Shown one piece after another: positions 45,613 to 56,672 of a stretch of DNA of 64,000 bases (positions within the stretch are counted from its first letter, which is position 1; each line of letters begins with the position of its first letter). Source of the stretch: a cyanobacterium endosymbiont of Rhopalodia gibba (GTDB taxonomy: Bacteria; Cyanobacteriota; Cyanobacteriia; Cyanobacteriales; Microcystaceae). The position numbers and the translations under genes were made by a program. The notes under the pieces were generated by a model. That model worked only from the letters and a program-made list of their open reading frames with translations, was not told where the DNA came from and made no database searches. The DNA lies in the NCBI GenBank assembly GCA_045159875.1, contig CP067995.1, positions 2,144,001-2,208,000 on the forward strand, read 5' to 3'.

Positions 45613-46950
45613 ATGTCTATTATTTCTGAGGTCTCTTTGAGTGCTCACTACTGGCTAAAAAGTGCTCATATTCCCTTGTGTTTATTAGATGATAACCATT
45701 TTACTCCTGATACTAGAGAAGGTTTATGTCGAGTTGATTTAGAAATTGTTCAAGGAAAAATTTCCTCAATTGTTCTTTCTGGTTCTACTGTGATAGAAAA
45801 TCCTTTCATAGATTTAAAAGGAGGTATTATTTTTCCTGGGTTTGTCGATATCCACACCCATTTAGATAAAAGTCATATTTGGGAACGATCACCCAATTTA
45901 GATGGGACATTTGGTACGGCAATAACAACCTTGAGAAAAGATACTCAAGTATTTTGGCAACCAGAAGATGTCTATTCTCGTATGGAGTTTAGTCTGAAGT
46001 GTAGTTATGCTCATGGAACAACGGCTATTAGAACTCATTTGGATTCATTTGGGAGAAAAGCTGACTTAGTGTTTGAAGTCTTTAAAAGACTACAAACGCA
46101 ATGGCAAGACAAAATAATTCTTCAAGCTGTTTGTTTAGTTTCTTTAGATTATTTTTTGACGGATGAAGGTGTAACTTTAGCGGATAAAGTGGCTGAATAT
46201 GGAGGAATTTTAGGTGGGGTTGCTTATATGAATCCCTCTCTAGACAAACAGCTCAATCAAGTTTTTACTTTGGCCAAAGAACGTGACTTAAGTTTGGATT
46301 TTCATGTAGATGAAAATAATGATTCTAATTCAATTTGTTTACATAAAGTTGCTGAAATTGCCCTCAAACATGAATTTTCAAATCAAATTATTTGCGGTCA
46401 CTGTTGTAGTTTAGCAGTTCAACCACAAGAAATTGTGAATCAAACAATGAGATTAGTTAAACAAGCAAACATTGGAGTTGTTAGTTTGCCAATGTGTAAT
46501 CTATATCTTCAGGATCGAGCCTCGAATAGGACTCCTTATTGGCGAGGCATAACAAAAGTTCATGAGTTCAAAAAACAAGGAATTCCTATTACATTTGCTA
46601 GTGATAATTGTCGAGATCCTTTTTTTGGATTTGGGGATCATGATGGGTTAGAAGTCTTTAAAGAATCCGTAAAAATTGCTCATTTAGATACTCCTTATAG
46701 TGATTGGTGTAGTGGGGTTACGAAAACCCCTGCAACCTTGATGAACCTCTCTAATATTGGGCGAATTACAGTCGGTTTAAATGCAGACTTAATTTTATTT
46801 AAAGCTCGTTATTTTAGTGAATTATTGTCGCGTTCTCAGAGTGATCGCATTGTTTTGCGTAAAGGAAAGCCAATTAATACTAACTTGCCTGATTATGCAG
46901 AGTTAGATCATCTAGTATTAGTCAATAGAGAAGATAATAAAAGTGTGTAG
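45613..46950 (+). CDS. codA: Cytosine deaminase (amidohydrolase family)
   Basis: PGFVDIHTHLDK, HGTTAIRTH, DFHVDE, GHCCSL, ASDNCRDPF. Confidence 0.92.
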   Translation: MSIISEVSLSAHYWLKSAHIPLCLLDDNHFTPDTREGLCRVDLEIVQGKISSIVLSGSTVIENPFIDLKGGIIFPGFVDIHTHLDKSHIWERSPNLDGTFGTAITTLRKDTQVFWQPEDVYSRMEFSLKCSYAHGTTAIRTHLDSFGRKADLVFEVFKRLQTQWQDKIILQAVCLVSLDYFLTDEGVTLADKVAEYGGILGGVAYMNPSLDKQLNQVFTLAKERDLSLDFHVDENNDSNSICLHKVAEIALKHEFSNQIICGHCCSLAVQPQEIVNQTMRLVKQANIGVVSLPMCNLYLQDRASNRTPYWRGITKVHEFKKQGIPITFASDNCRDPFFGFGDHDGLEVFKESVKIAHLDTPYSDWCSGVTKTPATLMNLSNIGRITVGLNADLILFKARYFSELLSRSQSDRIVLRKGKPINTNLPDYAELDHLVLVNREDNKSV

Positions 46951-47774
46951 GTAGGATTTTTAATATAAAAATATTATAGATTTATATTAAAAAAATAAAT
47001 TTTATATTAAAACAAAATAAATTGCAAGTAATACATATAAAACAATATTACGGTTAGACACAATAATATTTTTAAAATATTGAAGTACATTAAAATATTT
47101 AACTCAACCTATAAAATTAAAATATTTTTTATTTATGAATAGTTAGTTGATTTTGCAGTCATATTTTATCTCTTATATAGAAATAGAGAGTAATAAATAA
47201 AGATAAATAAATTTATATCATATGTTCATGAAGTATCTTAGCGGTTTAAACACCATAAACACAAGTCGTTGTTTTGTGTACTTTTCCAAAATATCGAACT
47301 ATTCCTATAAAATCTGATATTGGGTAACTGTGAACTCCTCTAAAATTTAGAATCTCATTTATTAAACTGAGTTGAGCAGTTGACGCCATAGGTGTAAATC
47401 AAGTTAAAATTTTAGCTCCAGCACAATTTGGTTTAAATGAAAAATCTAGTATAGTACTGTTTATCTAATAGATAAAGCTTTTGATAAGTTTATTTTATGT
47501 CACATCAAACTTTGTCTTTATATTTTTTATATTTACATGACAGGTTTAATGATCAATAAAATATTAAATATTAAATATTACCGTAATGATCTAAATTTAG
47601 ATAATCAACTTTTTGGTCTAGCAAACTGCCCACAAATAAATCTACGCGTTAATAATTAAACCGAGCACTATCAGAAAAAACAACATTTATAGAAAAATTG
47701 ATATATTTAATACTATTTAATAGTCAATAGGGAATGATTAGCCAACCATAATTTTCCTCTAATTTAATTAAATT

Positions 47775-47823
47775 CAGTTCATCCTCACCACGAAGACTGT
47801 GTTCTTTTAGTGGGGATGAACTG
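47775..47823. repeat. GC-richer hairpin, possibly an IS200/IS605-family end
   Basis: CAGTTCATCCTCAC...GTGGGGATGAACTG (13/14 plus one G-T pair), followed by TTATTTTGTCAA. Confidence 0.55.
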
Positions 47824-48611
47824 TTATTTTGTCAACCGTTAGCCTCTAAATATTACGGTGTTTATAGCTCCGGATAGTATCGTCAGTGTTCTTAAACTCT
47901 ACAAAAAGTCATGATAAGAGATTTTCTCATCATCATTCAATCGGAGAATTGTAACTAAATTACTACTAAGATTCTATACTTATAGCTGAATAAGTTATCC
48001 ATCAAGTTTGAAGTAGATAATTTCCTCGATTTTTAAGAGAAAAAAGTACTTTAACCTGTAAAAAGCACACTAAATAAGAATCAAAGTGTTATCTCCCTGA
48101 CTTCATAGAATAAATTTCAAAGATTATTTTTGGTTCTTATAAAGCACTAAACTTTTTAATATAAAAATTAAATCTTACTCTAATTATTAAGTTAGCTATA
48201 TGAACTTAATAAAAATATATAAAAGTAGAATAAAGAGTTAAAAAATGCATTAATAATTAATTTTTTTAAAATAACTAAGTATAAATAAAAAAATACACTT
48301 GATACTAAATTGAATTAATTAGTATAAACATTAAAATTACTTGTTTTAATTTGTTTAGAAATACTATAATTTTAATTATTTTAAAAAAAATATTAATTAC
48401 AATAAATACAATAAAAAATAATTTAAATATAAAATTTTAATAAATAGACTTGCTTGCTTACACGATTTTTAGCGCTTTTTTAAAGCAAAAAAATATTATT
48501 TTTATAATTAAAAAAGGCTAATTTGAATAGATTAAACTGTGTCTTTGTTGATTATTATATTTTGCAACAAAGATTAATTTACATTATTAAATAATGTAAT
48601 TAAATATTATA

Positions 48612-48641
48612 TTATTTAGTTTATTTATATAAACTAAATAA
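48612..48641. repeat. Perfect inverted repeat, 13-bp arms, 4-nt loop
   Basis: TTATTTAGTTTAT-ttat-ATAAACTAAATAA. Confidence 0.7.
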
Positions 48642-49935
48642 ATAATTATTGTTGTAATTATGTTTTCAGTGACAGTTAATAGTCAATCAAGAATATTTAT
48701 AATTTTTTATTAAAATTTCAATTTTTTTTCTTAATCAAGAGCCAAATCTTCCAAGTAAATAAATTTTATTCTATAGAATCTATACTCATATGAACTAATA
48801 AGAGTTAGGTGCTAATCAAAAGCTTAGCACAGAAATAGTGACAAAAAACTTTACCTAGATTGTAATGAAGATCCTAATTTTTTTAAAAAAAGGTAAAATG
48901 TCATTTTTAAGGTAAAGATCTAATTATTAAGATAAAATTTTTCTTAAAATCTGTATCTAGACTTTTAGATTCTTAATATTTCTTCTTTGAAGAAGTCTTC
49001 AATACCTAGCAAGCAGTTTACATATTTATTTATTTTAATCTGTCTGGCTAGGATCTTAGTTTCTATTGTACTTCTTTCTCAATTTTTACAACTATAAGTT
49101 AACACAGAGACCGTAAGATGAGTATCAATGTTAACGGAAAGCATGAATTATATTGGCAATTATATAAACAGTAACTTAATGCTAATTTAAGATAATGAGT
49201 TGATCAAAGCCAAGGAGTTTATTCGTAAAATGGTAGCAACTTTTGCTGTGTGATAAATTTATGAGATATTTAAACAATTATCAGAAAAAAATAACTTTTT
49301 TTATAAGAAAGTAACCTTCAAACCAATGAATTTTAAAGACTAAGCAGACATATATAAGATTAAACTAACCGAAGAATTTAGCTCTTATTCTGATTTGATT
49401 GAACGAATATTGAGATATTGGTTATTATAAGATAAGTAGATTTTTGATACTCTTGTCTTTTGACAGTTAATAGTATTAGTTGCTTAGAGTCTTATAAGAA
49501 ATATAAAAATAATTTTTAAAATATAAAAAATTTATGATAATCGCAATAGTTGTAGTTTACAGTTAGGTAGCTTATAACAATAGCAGTGGAGAAACTAAAG
49601 CAATCAATTATGTTTTTATTAGATACTAAACTAATGACTTCACTGATTCCTCAATTAAGGTATCAATGAAGTTTAAATCAGGAGAATAAGAGATAAAAAT
49701 GTTACTTATCCTTCTATAAATTTCATTAATTTTCTAACTTTTATAACTTTATGTTCTGGTAAATTATCTATGACTACACAAGTTCTCAACTGCGATCATG
49801 ATATCAGCACTTCTATTTTATTAGTCATAAATACTTCTTTGTTTATCCATTCTTTAAAAGCAAAATAAGAACTATATATGTCACTTAAATTGACGTAATA
49901 TTCTCTTACTAATTATTAGTAAATTTTCTACTTTA

Positions 49936-49984
49936 TTAGAAATTACTCTAGTATAGTTTTTAACTATACTAGAGTAATTTCTAA
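49936..49984. repeat. Perfect inverted repeat, 23-bp arms, 3-nt loop
   Basis: TTAGAAATTACTCTAGTATAGTT-ttt-AACTATACTAGAGTAATTTCTAA. Confidence 0.92.
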
Positions 49985-50090
49985 ACTTTATTGATAAGAA
50001 ATATATCTGTAAATTTGACCACTATCTGTGTAGATATCAAAAAATATAAAATGTTTTTTAGCGGTTAATTTAATTATTTAAATTTAACAT

Positions 50091-50127
50091 TACATAGTAA
50101 TAATACTAACTGTAGTATTACTATGTA
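50091..50127. repeat. Inverted repeat, 12-bp arms
   Basis: TACATAGTAATA...TATTACTATGTA. Confidence 0.65.
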
Positions 50128-50269
50128 TAAGCAATTACTCAGTTTTTTCAGGGTAACATCGTTATTTATCTCTAATAATTATTCTATAATATCAAGTTAT
50201 TTAACTTCAACTAAAGTGAGATTTCCTCAGTGATGAAGTAATGATTTTATACTTTTTATTCTTTTTTAA

Positions 50270-51129
50270 CCTACAAGGAGATGATTAATAAATCTATGAC
50301 TTACTTAAACAAACCTTACTAGTCGTTGCCTTGATTAATTAGTATTATTGTTAGTTTATATAATTTTAGTGAAGATATCTATGGAGTAAAGCTTCGTTTT
50401 TTAGTACAACTAATATTTCTTGGGTTTCTTCACTGTAATCTATCCAAATGAAACTCATGATGAATTAGAACAACAGCGATTCTATCTGAGGAATGACACT
50501 CTCTGATGAACTTAATATCTATTGCCAAAAAAATGTATTTAGTGATTGTAATTGATCATTAGGTAAAACAGACAACTTATCAACAATTTAAAGTGTGGTA
50601 AGACATCTACTCCATGGCAAGTATACTTAAATTAAACATTAATTCATCGATTCAATCTCTACTTAAACCGAATTTATCGACGGAAATCATCAACCTTTTG
50701 AAGAAGTTTGGCTTGGATGATCGATATTTAACCATAGAGTTTATTTAACGGATATTTATTAAATATACAAAGATTATAATTGAATGTATAAAAGCCTTAG
50801 AAAACTACTCAGTAAGAATCGTTATTAATGACTTTAGGACTGGTTAATCTTCTCTGAACTATTTACACTGGTTTTCTGTTCATGTCTTAAAAATTATTTG
50901 ATTATTTATGTCGGATTTAGATATTAATTCTCCAAATTGAGATATCTATCGTCTCTTTGTCAGGTTACATTAGGTAATCATCTAGCAATAGCAGAGATCG
51001 CTAAAGACTGTGGAACCCTACAGCAAGTTCATTATCTCGAAATATTGGGCTGTAAATTAATGCGAAGTTATTCCTTTTATAAATTTTTAATAGCAGAAAA
51101 GGTTGTTATTTTTTCAACAAATATCTAGA
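50270..51129 (+). pseudogene. EAL-domain c-di-GMP phosphodiesterase pseudogene
   Basis: VINDFRTG*SSLNYLHWFSVHVLKI resembles IDDFGTGYSSLSYL..FPVD.LKID; QQFKVW*; QQVHYLEILGCKLMRSYSF resembles EQL..L..LGC...QGYFF. Confidence 0.82.
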
Positions 51130-51227
51130 TATTTATATTTTTACTTTAACAATTTACCAATTATCATCCTTTCTATCTCCAACGGTTGAATTGGAGCCTA
51201 AACCACCTCCATTATTACTACCAGAAC

Positions 51228-51730
51228 TAAGTAGGTGAACTTAAATTAAGTCTAAAATAGAAAAGTAGTTAAAAAAGAGCGATCATTAGATGCCGGCCTG
51301 CCTAAGAATTCAGCTAACAGAATTAGAAGAGCAAGAACTATTAAAGTTGACCCATGATCTAAAAGTTCCCTTCAGAACTAGAACAAGGGCAGAGATTTTA
51401 TGTTTAAATGCAAGAGGATGGAAAGTTAAAGAAATTGCAGATTGGGTAAAATTATCAGAAAATACAATTAGAAAAACGATTTCTAGATGGATTATTCAAG
51501 GAAGAGAAGGATTGTGGGATCTTCCGAGAAGCGGAAGAAAAAGAACTTGGAAAGAAGAAGATATAAAATATCTGGAAGAAATATCAGAAAGGGATAAAAA
51601 AAATTACAATAGCCGGCAATTATCTAACCTTCTTAAAAAAGAAAGAAAAGTAAAGTTAACCCCTGGAAGAATCCGTAAGATTCTTAGAAAAAGGTCTGAA
51701 AATGGAAATAAATAACATTAAGGACAATGA
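51228..51730 (+). mobile_element. Truncated IS630-family element: left end plus open HTH ORF (51290-51715), DDE half missing
   Basis: Left-end-like [58 protein letters not shown]; ends at an A-run followed by broken KWK*. Confidence 0.82.
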
Positions 51731-52979
51731 TTTATCTATTTTCTAAAAAAAGAGAATCTAATCTAATGCAGAAAAAGTCACTCAAGGACTAATAGTTAAC
51801 TGAGAATTAACTCCGCAATAATTATGATTGAAGGTGAAGAAGACAATGTTATCTAAATTTTGCTCAAGATAAGAAATGATAATCAATATAAGATTATTCC
51901 ACAGTTAACATTGCATAATTATACTGCAGAAACAGTAATTGAGCTATTAGAAATTAATCTTGTTATTCAATATAAAATATTAACTTAATTGGTTGCCCAA
52001 AAACCTTATTATTGATTTGTATATTAATAACTTGACTCGTAGTAAAAACTATACCAAATAGAGAAAAGTAAAATACTAAAAATAGTGATCGCGATCAACA
52101 AAATATACTTTCCAACAATGGTAAGGTTTTGAAAAACTGATTACCTAATTATAATAAACTGACTATGATGTAGAGTGGCTATTGATTAATACAACTCAGC
52201 ATGAGTGCAAATTCTAGAAAGAATAACAGAATATACGAAAACTAATTTAATTAGAACAATTGTTTTATTACTTTAGTTTTACAATTAACCTATCATGCAG
52301 TTAATCAAACAAAAAATCGTATTAAAGAGCAATTACAGATGTAAAAAACCATCAAGCAGATCATGTAAAGACTAGAACAACTCACTTATTAGAACCAGCT
52401 GTTGTTTAGCAAGCAAGTAAGCTTAAATAAACATAAAATAAGAAGGTAGTTAAAATAGACCTGTAGCTAGACGTCAACCTACCTGAAAACTCGGCTCACA
52501 CAATTACAAGAGCAGGCACTATCAAGATTTAATTGTGCTAAGAATGGTAATATCTTCCAGAATTAGTATAAGAGTAAAAATAGTAATAGTATTTATCTTT
52601 GTAAACGAACTCTGACTAACAATCATAATAGCAACCAATTTCATTTTACTAACCTTATCCGTTAGATTTCGTAATCTAGGGCAACAATGTTCTCTACCGA
52701 GTGAAAAATAAACTTATTTTATCGACTACCTCTAGATATTGAGAATGTGAAGTATGGCTTTCTAAAGCAGTGTGACTACCAAATTTCACAACGAACGAGT
52801 CTATTGCCAAATCCTCTAGCAGATTCGGTAAAATTTTGACTACAGGGAAATTCTATAAGCTAAAGTATCTTAATATTACAACTGAGTTGATGTCTTCCAA
52901 GGATATTTTTTTTTTCCATTTAAATTAATGCAATATGCACAATTATCGAATTAGTTTTTACTTTAAAAATTTAACTAAA

Positions 52980-54026
52980 TCATAAACTAGATTTAATTTT
53001 GTTAATTGCCTCTAATAACTGAGCAATTTCCTGATCAGTTCCAACAGAAATTCTAACATAATCTTCAATACGAGGATTTTTAAAGTATCTTATCAAGACT
53101 TTTCTCTCTTTTAACTTTTTGTAAAGTTCTGATGCAGGTATCCATTGAGAAGATGCGAAAACAAAATTTGAATCAGAATCAAAGACTAAGAAATCTAAAG
53201 CTTTTAGAGATTCAATGAGATGACTACGAGTCTGACGAACTTTTTGCCAGATTCCTTTAAAATATTCTTGAAAATTAAAAGCATTTGTTCCTAACAATTG
53301 TGCTACCCTATCTAAGTTATAGGAGTCCTTGACTTTATTCATTTGTTCAATTACGGGTATCGAAGCAATTCCAAAACCTACCCGCATTCCTGCTATACTA
53401 TAACTCTTAGACATAGTACGAGAAATAATAACGTTGTCATATTTATTCAAAAAGTCAAGATGATTTTCATCGCTAAAATCTGCATAAGCTTCATCAATTA
53501 AAACGATTCCAGTAGCTTTTTCACAAGTTTCTTCTAAGTAATCACGGTTCAGATGTTGTCCCACAGGAGGATTAGGAGAAGCAATAAATATCAATTTAGC
53601 TTTAGGACAAATAATCGGTTGATTAATGGCAAACCGAGCATTCGTAGGAATTTTAATGACAGATGCACCATGAACCCGTGCAATTGTCTCGTATAAAGAA
53701 TAGGTTAGATCGAGAAAAGTAACAGTTTCTCCCGGATTTACAAATGTCCTTACTGCAATATTTAAGATATCATCAGAACCATTTCCTGCTAGGATGTTCT
53801 CGGGAGAAACTCCAAATACTTTTGCCGCAGCTTTTCGTAATTGAGTAGAAACTGGATCAGGATACAATCTAACTTTTGTTAGTTCTTGTTGAAGCCCCTC
53901 AAAAATTTCAAGAGGAGGTGAATAGGGGTTTTCATTAGTATTCAATTTAATAAAATCATTGGTTTGAGGCTGTTCTCCTGGAATATAACCTGATGTTTGT
54001 TCAACACATTTCCGAATAGGTAACAT
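52980..54026 (-). CDS. hisC: Histidinol-phosphate aminotransferase
   Basis: KLNTNENPY, GNGSDD, IDEAY, RTMSKSYSIAGMRVG. Confidence 0.96.
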   Translation of the reverse strand: MLPIRKCVEQTSGYIPGEQPQTNDFIKLNTNENPYSPPLEIFEGLQQELTKVRLYPDPVSTQLRKAAAKVFGVSPENILAGNGSDDILNIAVRTFVNPGETVTFLDLTYSLYETIARVHGASVIKIPTNARFAINQPIICPKAKLIFIASPNPPVGQHLNRDYLEETCEKATGIVLIDEAYADFSDENHLDFLNKYDNVIISRTMSKSYSIAGMRVGFGIASIPVIEQMNKVKDSYNLDRVAQLLGTNAFNFQEYFKGIWQKVRQTRSHLIESLKALDFLVFDSDSNFVFASSQWIPASELYKKLKERKVLIRYFKNPRIEDYVRISVGTDQEIAQLLEAINKIKSSL

Positions 54027-54186
54027 AGAGACAAAATTTATTGCTAGACCCAGAAAGTCTAGCGTGAAGTTATTATAAGATATAAACTTCTTAACAATAC
54101 TTTAACGAGAATCTCTAGCTGATAATAGCCTAAAATTTTCTGTTCATTGGCTACTCCAAACAAAATATAATAAACTTTTCTTTTTG

Positions 54187-54221
54187 AAAAAAGTGGGGAT
54201 GTTATTCATTCATAACATCCC
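54187..54221 (-). terminator. Rho-independent terminator of htpG
   Basis: GGGATGTTAT/ATAACATCCC stem with a U-tract on the minus strand. Confidence 0.75.
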
Positions 54222-54253
54222 GAGAGAAGTAATGTATTTAGTAGATAATTATA

Positions 54254-56239
54254 TTATTTAGTTAAACGAGTTAATATCTGATTAGAGCGTTCTACAAAGG
54301 ATTTCATCCCCTGCGAACCTAATCCTCGTTGCGCTATTACAGCTAAGTCATAAACGTGTTGACAAAGCATTTTAGCAATCTCTCCAGAGGGAGATTCACC
54401 TGTACCTTGAATAATACTAGATTGACTTAATTGATAAATATTTTCAATCAACGGATGATTAATATTTATCACTAAAACGTGCTCTTCTGGAAATTCTACA
54501 GCTTGTTTTTGCATCATGGCCGTCATTTCATGTAAACGTCGCATTGCTTCAGGTAATAGAACCATCACAGGAGGAGTACTTTCAGGAGTATTAGATTTTA
54601 ACGCCTCAGTGCGAATATTTACCTTGGGTTTATTGAGTGCTTTCTCGAAAATTTCTTTAATTTGTTCACTTCGAGTTTTATTTGTAGTCGGATTAACAAT
54701 CTCTTTGTTTTCATCCTCCTGTAACAGGGTTTTATCTAACTCCGCATCCACACGGGAGAATTGAACCTCAGAATATTCTCGTTCTAAAAAAGGGATAAAG
54801 TAATTAGTATCAATGAAAGAGTCCATAAATAGTACTTCTATTCCCTGATTTTTATAGAGTTCTACATAGGTTGTTTGGATAGTTTGATCAGTACAATAAA
54901 ATACTCTATTTTCATGATTTTTTTTGTTTCTTTCTAAATAAGCCTCCAAAGTAGTAAATCCTAATTTTTCATAGGTTGATTGTAAATTTTTTTCATCTTT
55001 GTTTTGCCAAATATCTTCCTTGGCTTCCACTTTGATTTTTTCTGTTTCACCCTTAGTTTTAGTTGATGTATCAGTGGGCTTATAAGTGGTACGATAGATG
55101 AGTATATCTTCTACTTGTTTCTTGAATTTATCTTCTTTGATGGAACCATATTTAACAAATGTTCCTACATCTTCCCAACAACGAATGTATTCTTCTGGGG
55201 TTTCCTCCGAAAGTGATTTCAGACGATCAGCAATTTTTTTAGAAATATGACTAGCGATACCCCGAACAGTTCGATGATTAGTCAATGCACTACGAGAAAC
55301 ATTTAAAGGAATATCAGGACTGTCGATCACCCCTCGTAATGGCATTAAAAATTCAGGGATAACCTCTTCACAATGGTCACTGACAAAAACTTGATTACAG
55401 AAGAGTTTAATAGACCCTTTTGAGACATCTACATCGGGACGAAGTTTAGGAAAATAGAGAATTCCAGTCACCAAAAAAGGGTAGTCAGTATTCAGATGTA
55501 TCCAAAGTAGAGGATCTTCTTGGAAAGGATAGAGATAACGATAAAATTCTAAGTAATCTTCTTTAGTTAAATTCTGAGCTGGTTCCTTCCACAAAGATCG
55601 TTGCTTATTAACAATCTCTCCTTCAAATTTGATGGGAACTGATAAAAAGTCAGAATAAGTTTTAATCAACTGACGAATACGAGAAGGTTCAAGATATTCT
55701 TGCTCCTCATCCATTAAAGTTAAGATAATAGTTGTTCCAATTTCAGTCCGAGAAGAGTCTGTTAATTCAAATTTAGGAGAACCATCACAAGACCAATGTA
55801 CTGCTTGGGAATCTTTTTTGTAAGAAAGAGTATCAATTTCAACTTTTTTAGCAACCATGAAAGCAGAATAAAAACCCAAACCAAAATGACCGATTAAATC
55901 ATTGGTATCTTTCTGGTACTTATGAATGAATTCTTCCGCGCTAGAGAACGCAACTTGATTGATATATTTCTTGATTTCATCAGCTGTCATGCCAATGCCA
56001 TTATCAGAAATAGACAGAGTTTTGTCATTTTGATTGATCGAAAGAATAATTTCAGGCTCAGGAACTTCCCCCTTCATTTCTCCAGCAAATACAGCCATTT
56101 TTAGTTTAGAAATGGCATCAACAGAATTAGAAATTAACTCCCGCAAAAAGATTTCGTGATCAGTATAGAGGGATTTCTTAATAATGGGAAAAATATTCTC
56201 AGTATGAATGGTAATATTGCCTTTTTCAAGTACTGTCAT
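54254..56239 (-). CDS. htpG: Molecular chaperone HtpG (Hsp90)
   Basis: EIFLRELISNSVDA, DNGIGM, IGHFGLGFYSAFMVA, PLNVSRS. Confidence 0.97.
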   Translation of the reverse strand: MTVLEKGNITIHTENIFPIIKKSLYTDHEIFLRELISNSVDAISKLKMAVFAGEMKGEVPEPEIILSINQNDKTLSISDNGIGMTADEIKKYINQVAFSSAEEFIHKYQKDTNDLIGHFGLGFYSAFMVAKKVEIDTLSYKKDSQAVHWSCDGSPKFELTDSSRTEIGTTIILTLMDEEQEYLEPSRIRQLIKTYSDFLSVPIKFEGEIVNKQRSLWKEPAQNLTKEDYLEFYRYLYPFQEDPLLWIHLNTDYPFLVTGILYFPKLRPDVDVSKGSIKLFCNQVFVSDHCEEVIPEFLMPLRGVIDSPDIPLNVSRSALTNHRTVRGIASHISKKIADRLKSLSEETPEEYIRCWEDVGTFVKYGSIKEDKFKKQVEDILIYRTTYKPTDTSTKTKGETEKIKVEAKEDIWQNKDEKNLQSTYEKLGFTTLEAYLERNKKNHENRVFYCTDQTIQTTYVELYKNQGIEVLFMDSFIDTNYFIPFLEREYSEVQFSRVDAELDKTLLQEDENKEIVNPTTNKTRSEQIKEIFEKALNKPKVNIRTEALKSNTPESTPPVMVLLPEAMRRLHEMTAMMQKQAVEFPEEHVLVININHPLIENIYQLSQSSIIQGTGESPSGEIAKMLCQHVYDLAVIAQRGLGSQGMKSFVERSNQILTRLTK

Positions 56240-56672
56240 AGCTTCTTAATCTAGAAAGGGTTTACATATCCTAAATAGTAATTGTGCCTGATTATAGGTT
56301 AATGTTTACTCAGGGATTGTCCCCCTAAACAGATGTGGATTTCCGTACACTTATGATTTACAATCAGGCCTCCTCGAATAAAATTGCTAAAATTGACTGT
56401 ACTGTCGAGGAACAGATTTGACTAGAGACGCGTCAGTTCTCAATAGTAGTTAGTAAAGGTTTAGGAACAAACGCTTTAGTTTTACTCAATTTGGCAAAAT
56501 GCTGTTGCGATTTTAGAGAAGATGTTATCCCTCGCTTAAAAGGTTATCTACAAATTCTACTTACTCTTCAATCATTCATCTTTTAAGTTCTCTCAGAGTT
56601 TCCTCTAAATTTACTTGACTTCACCAGTAATTTTTCTTACTTAATCTACATAGCACTGCTACAATCCTTAAA

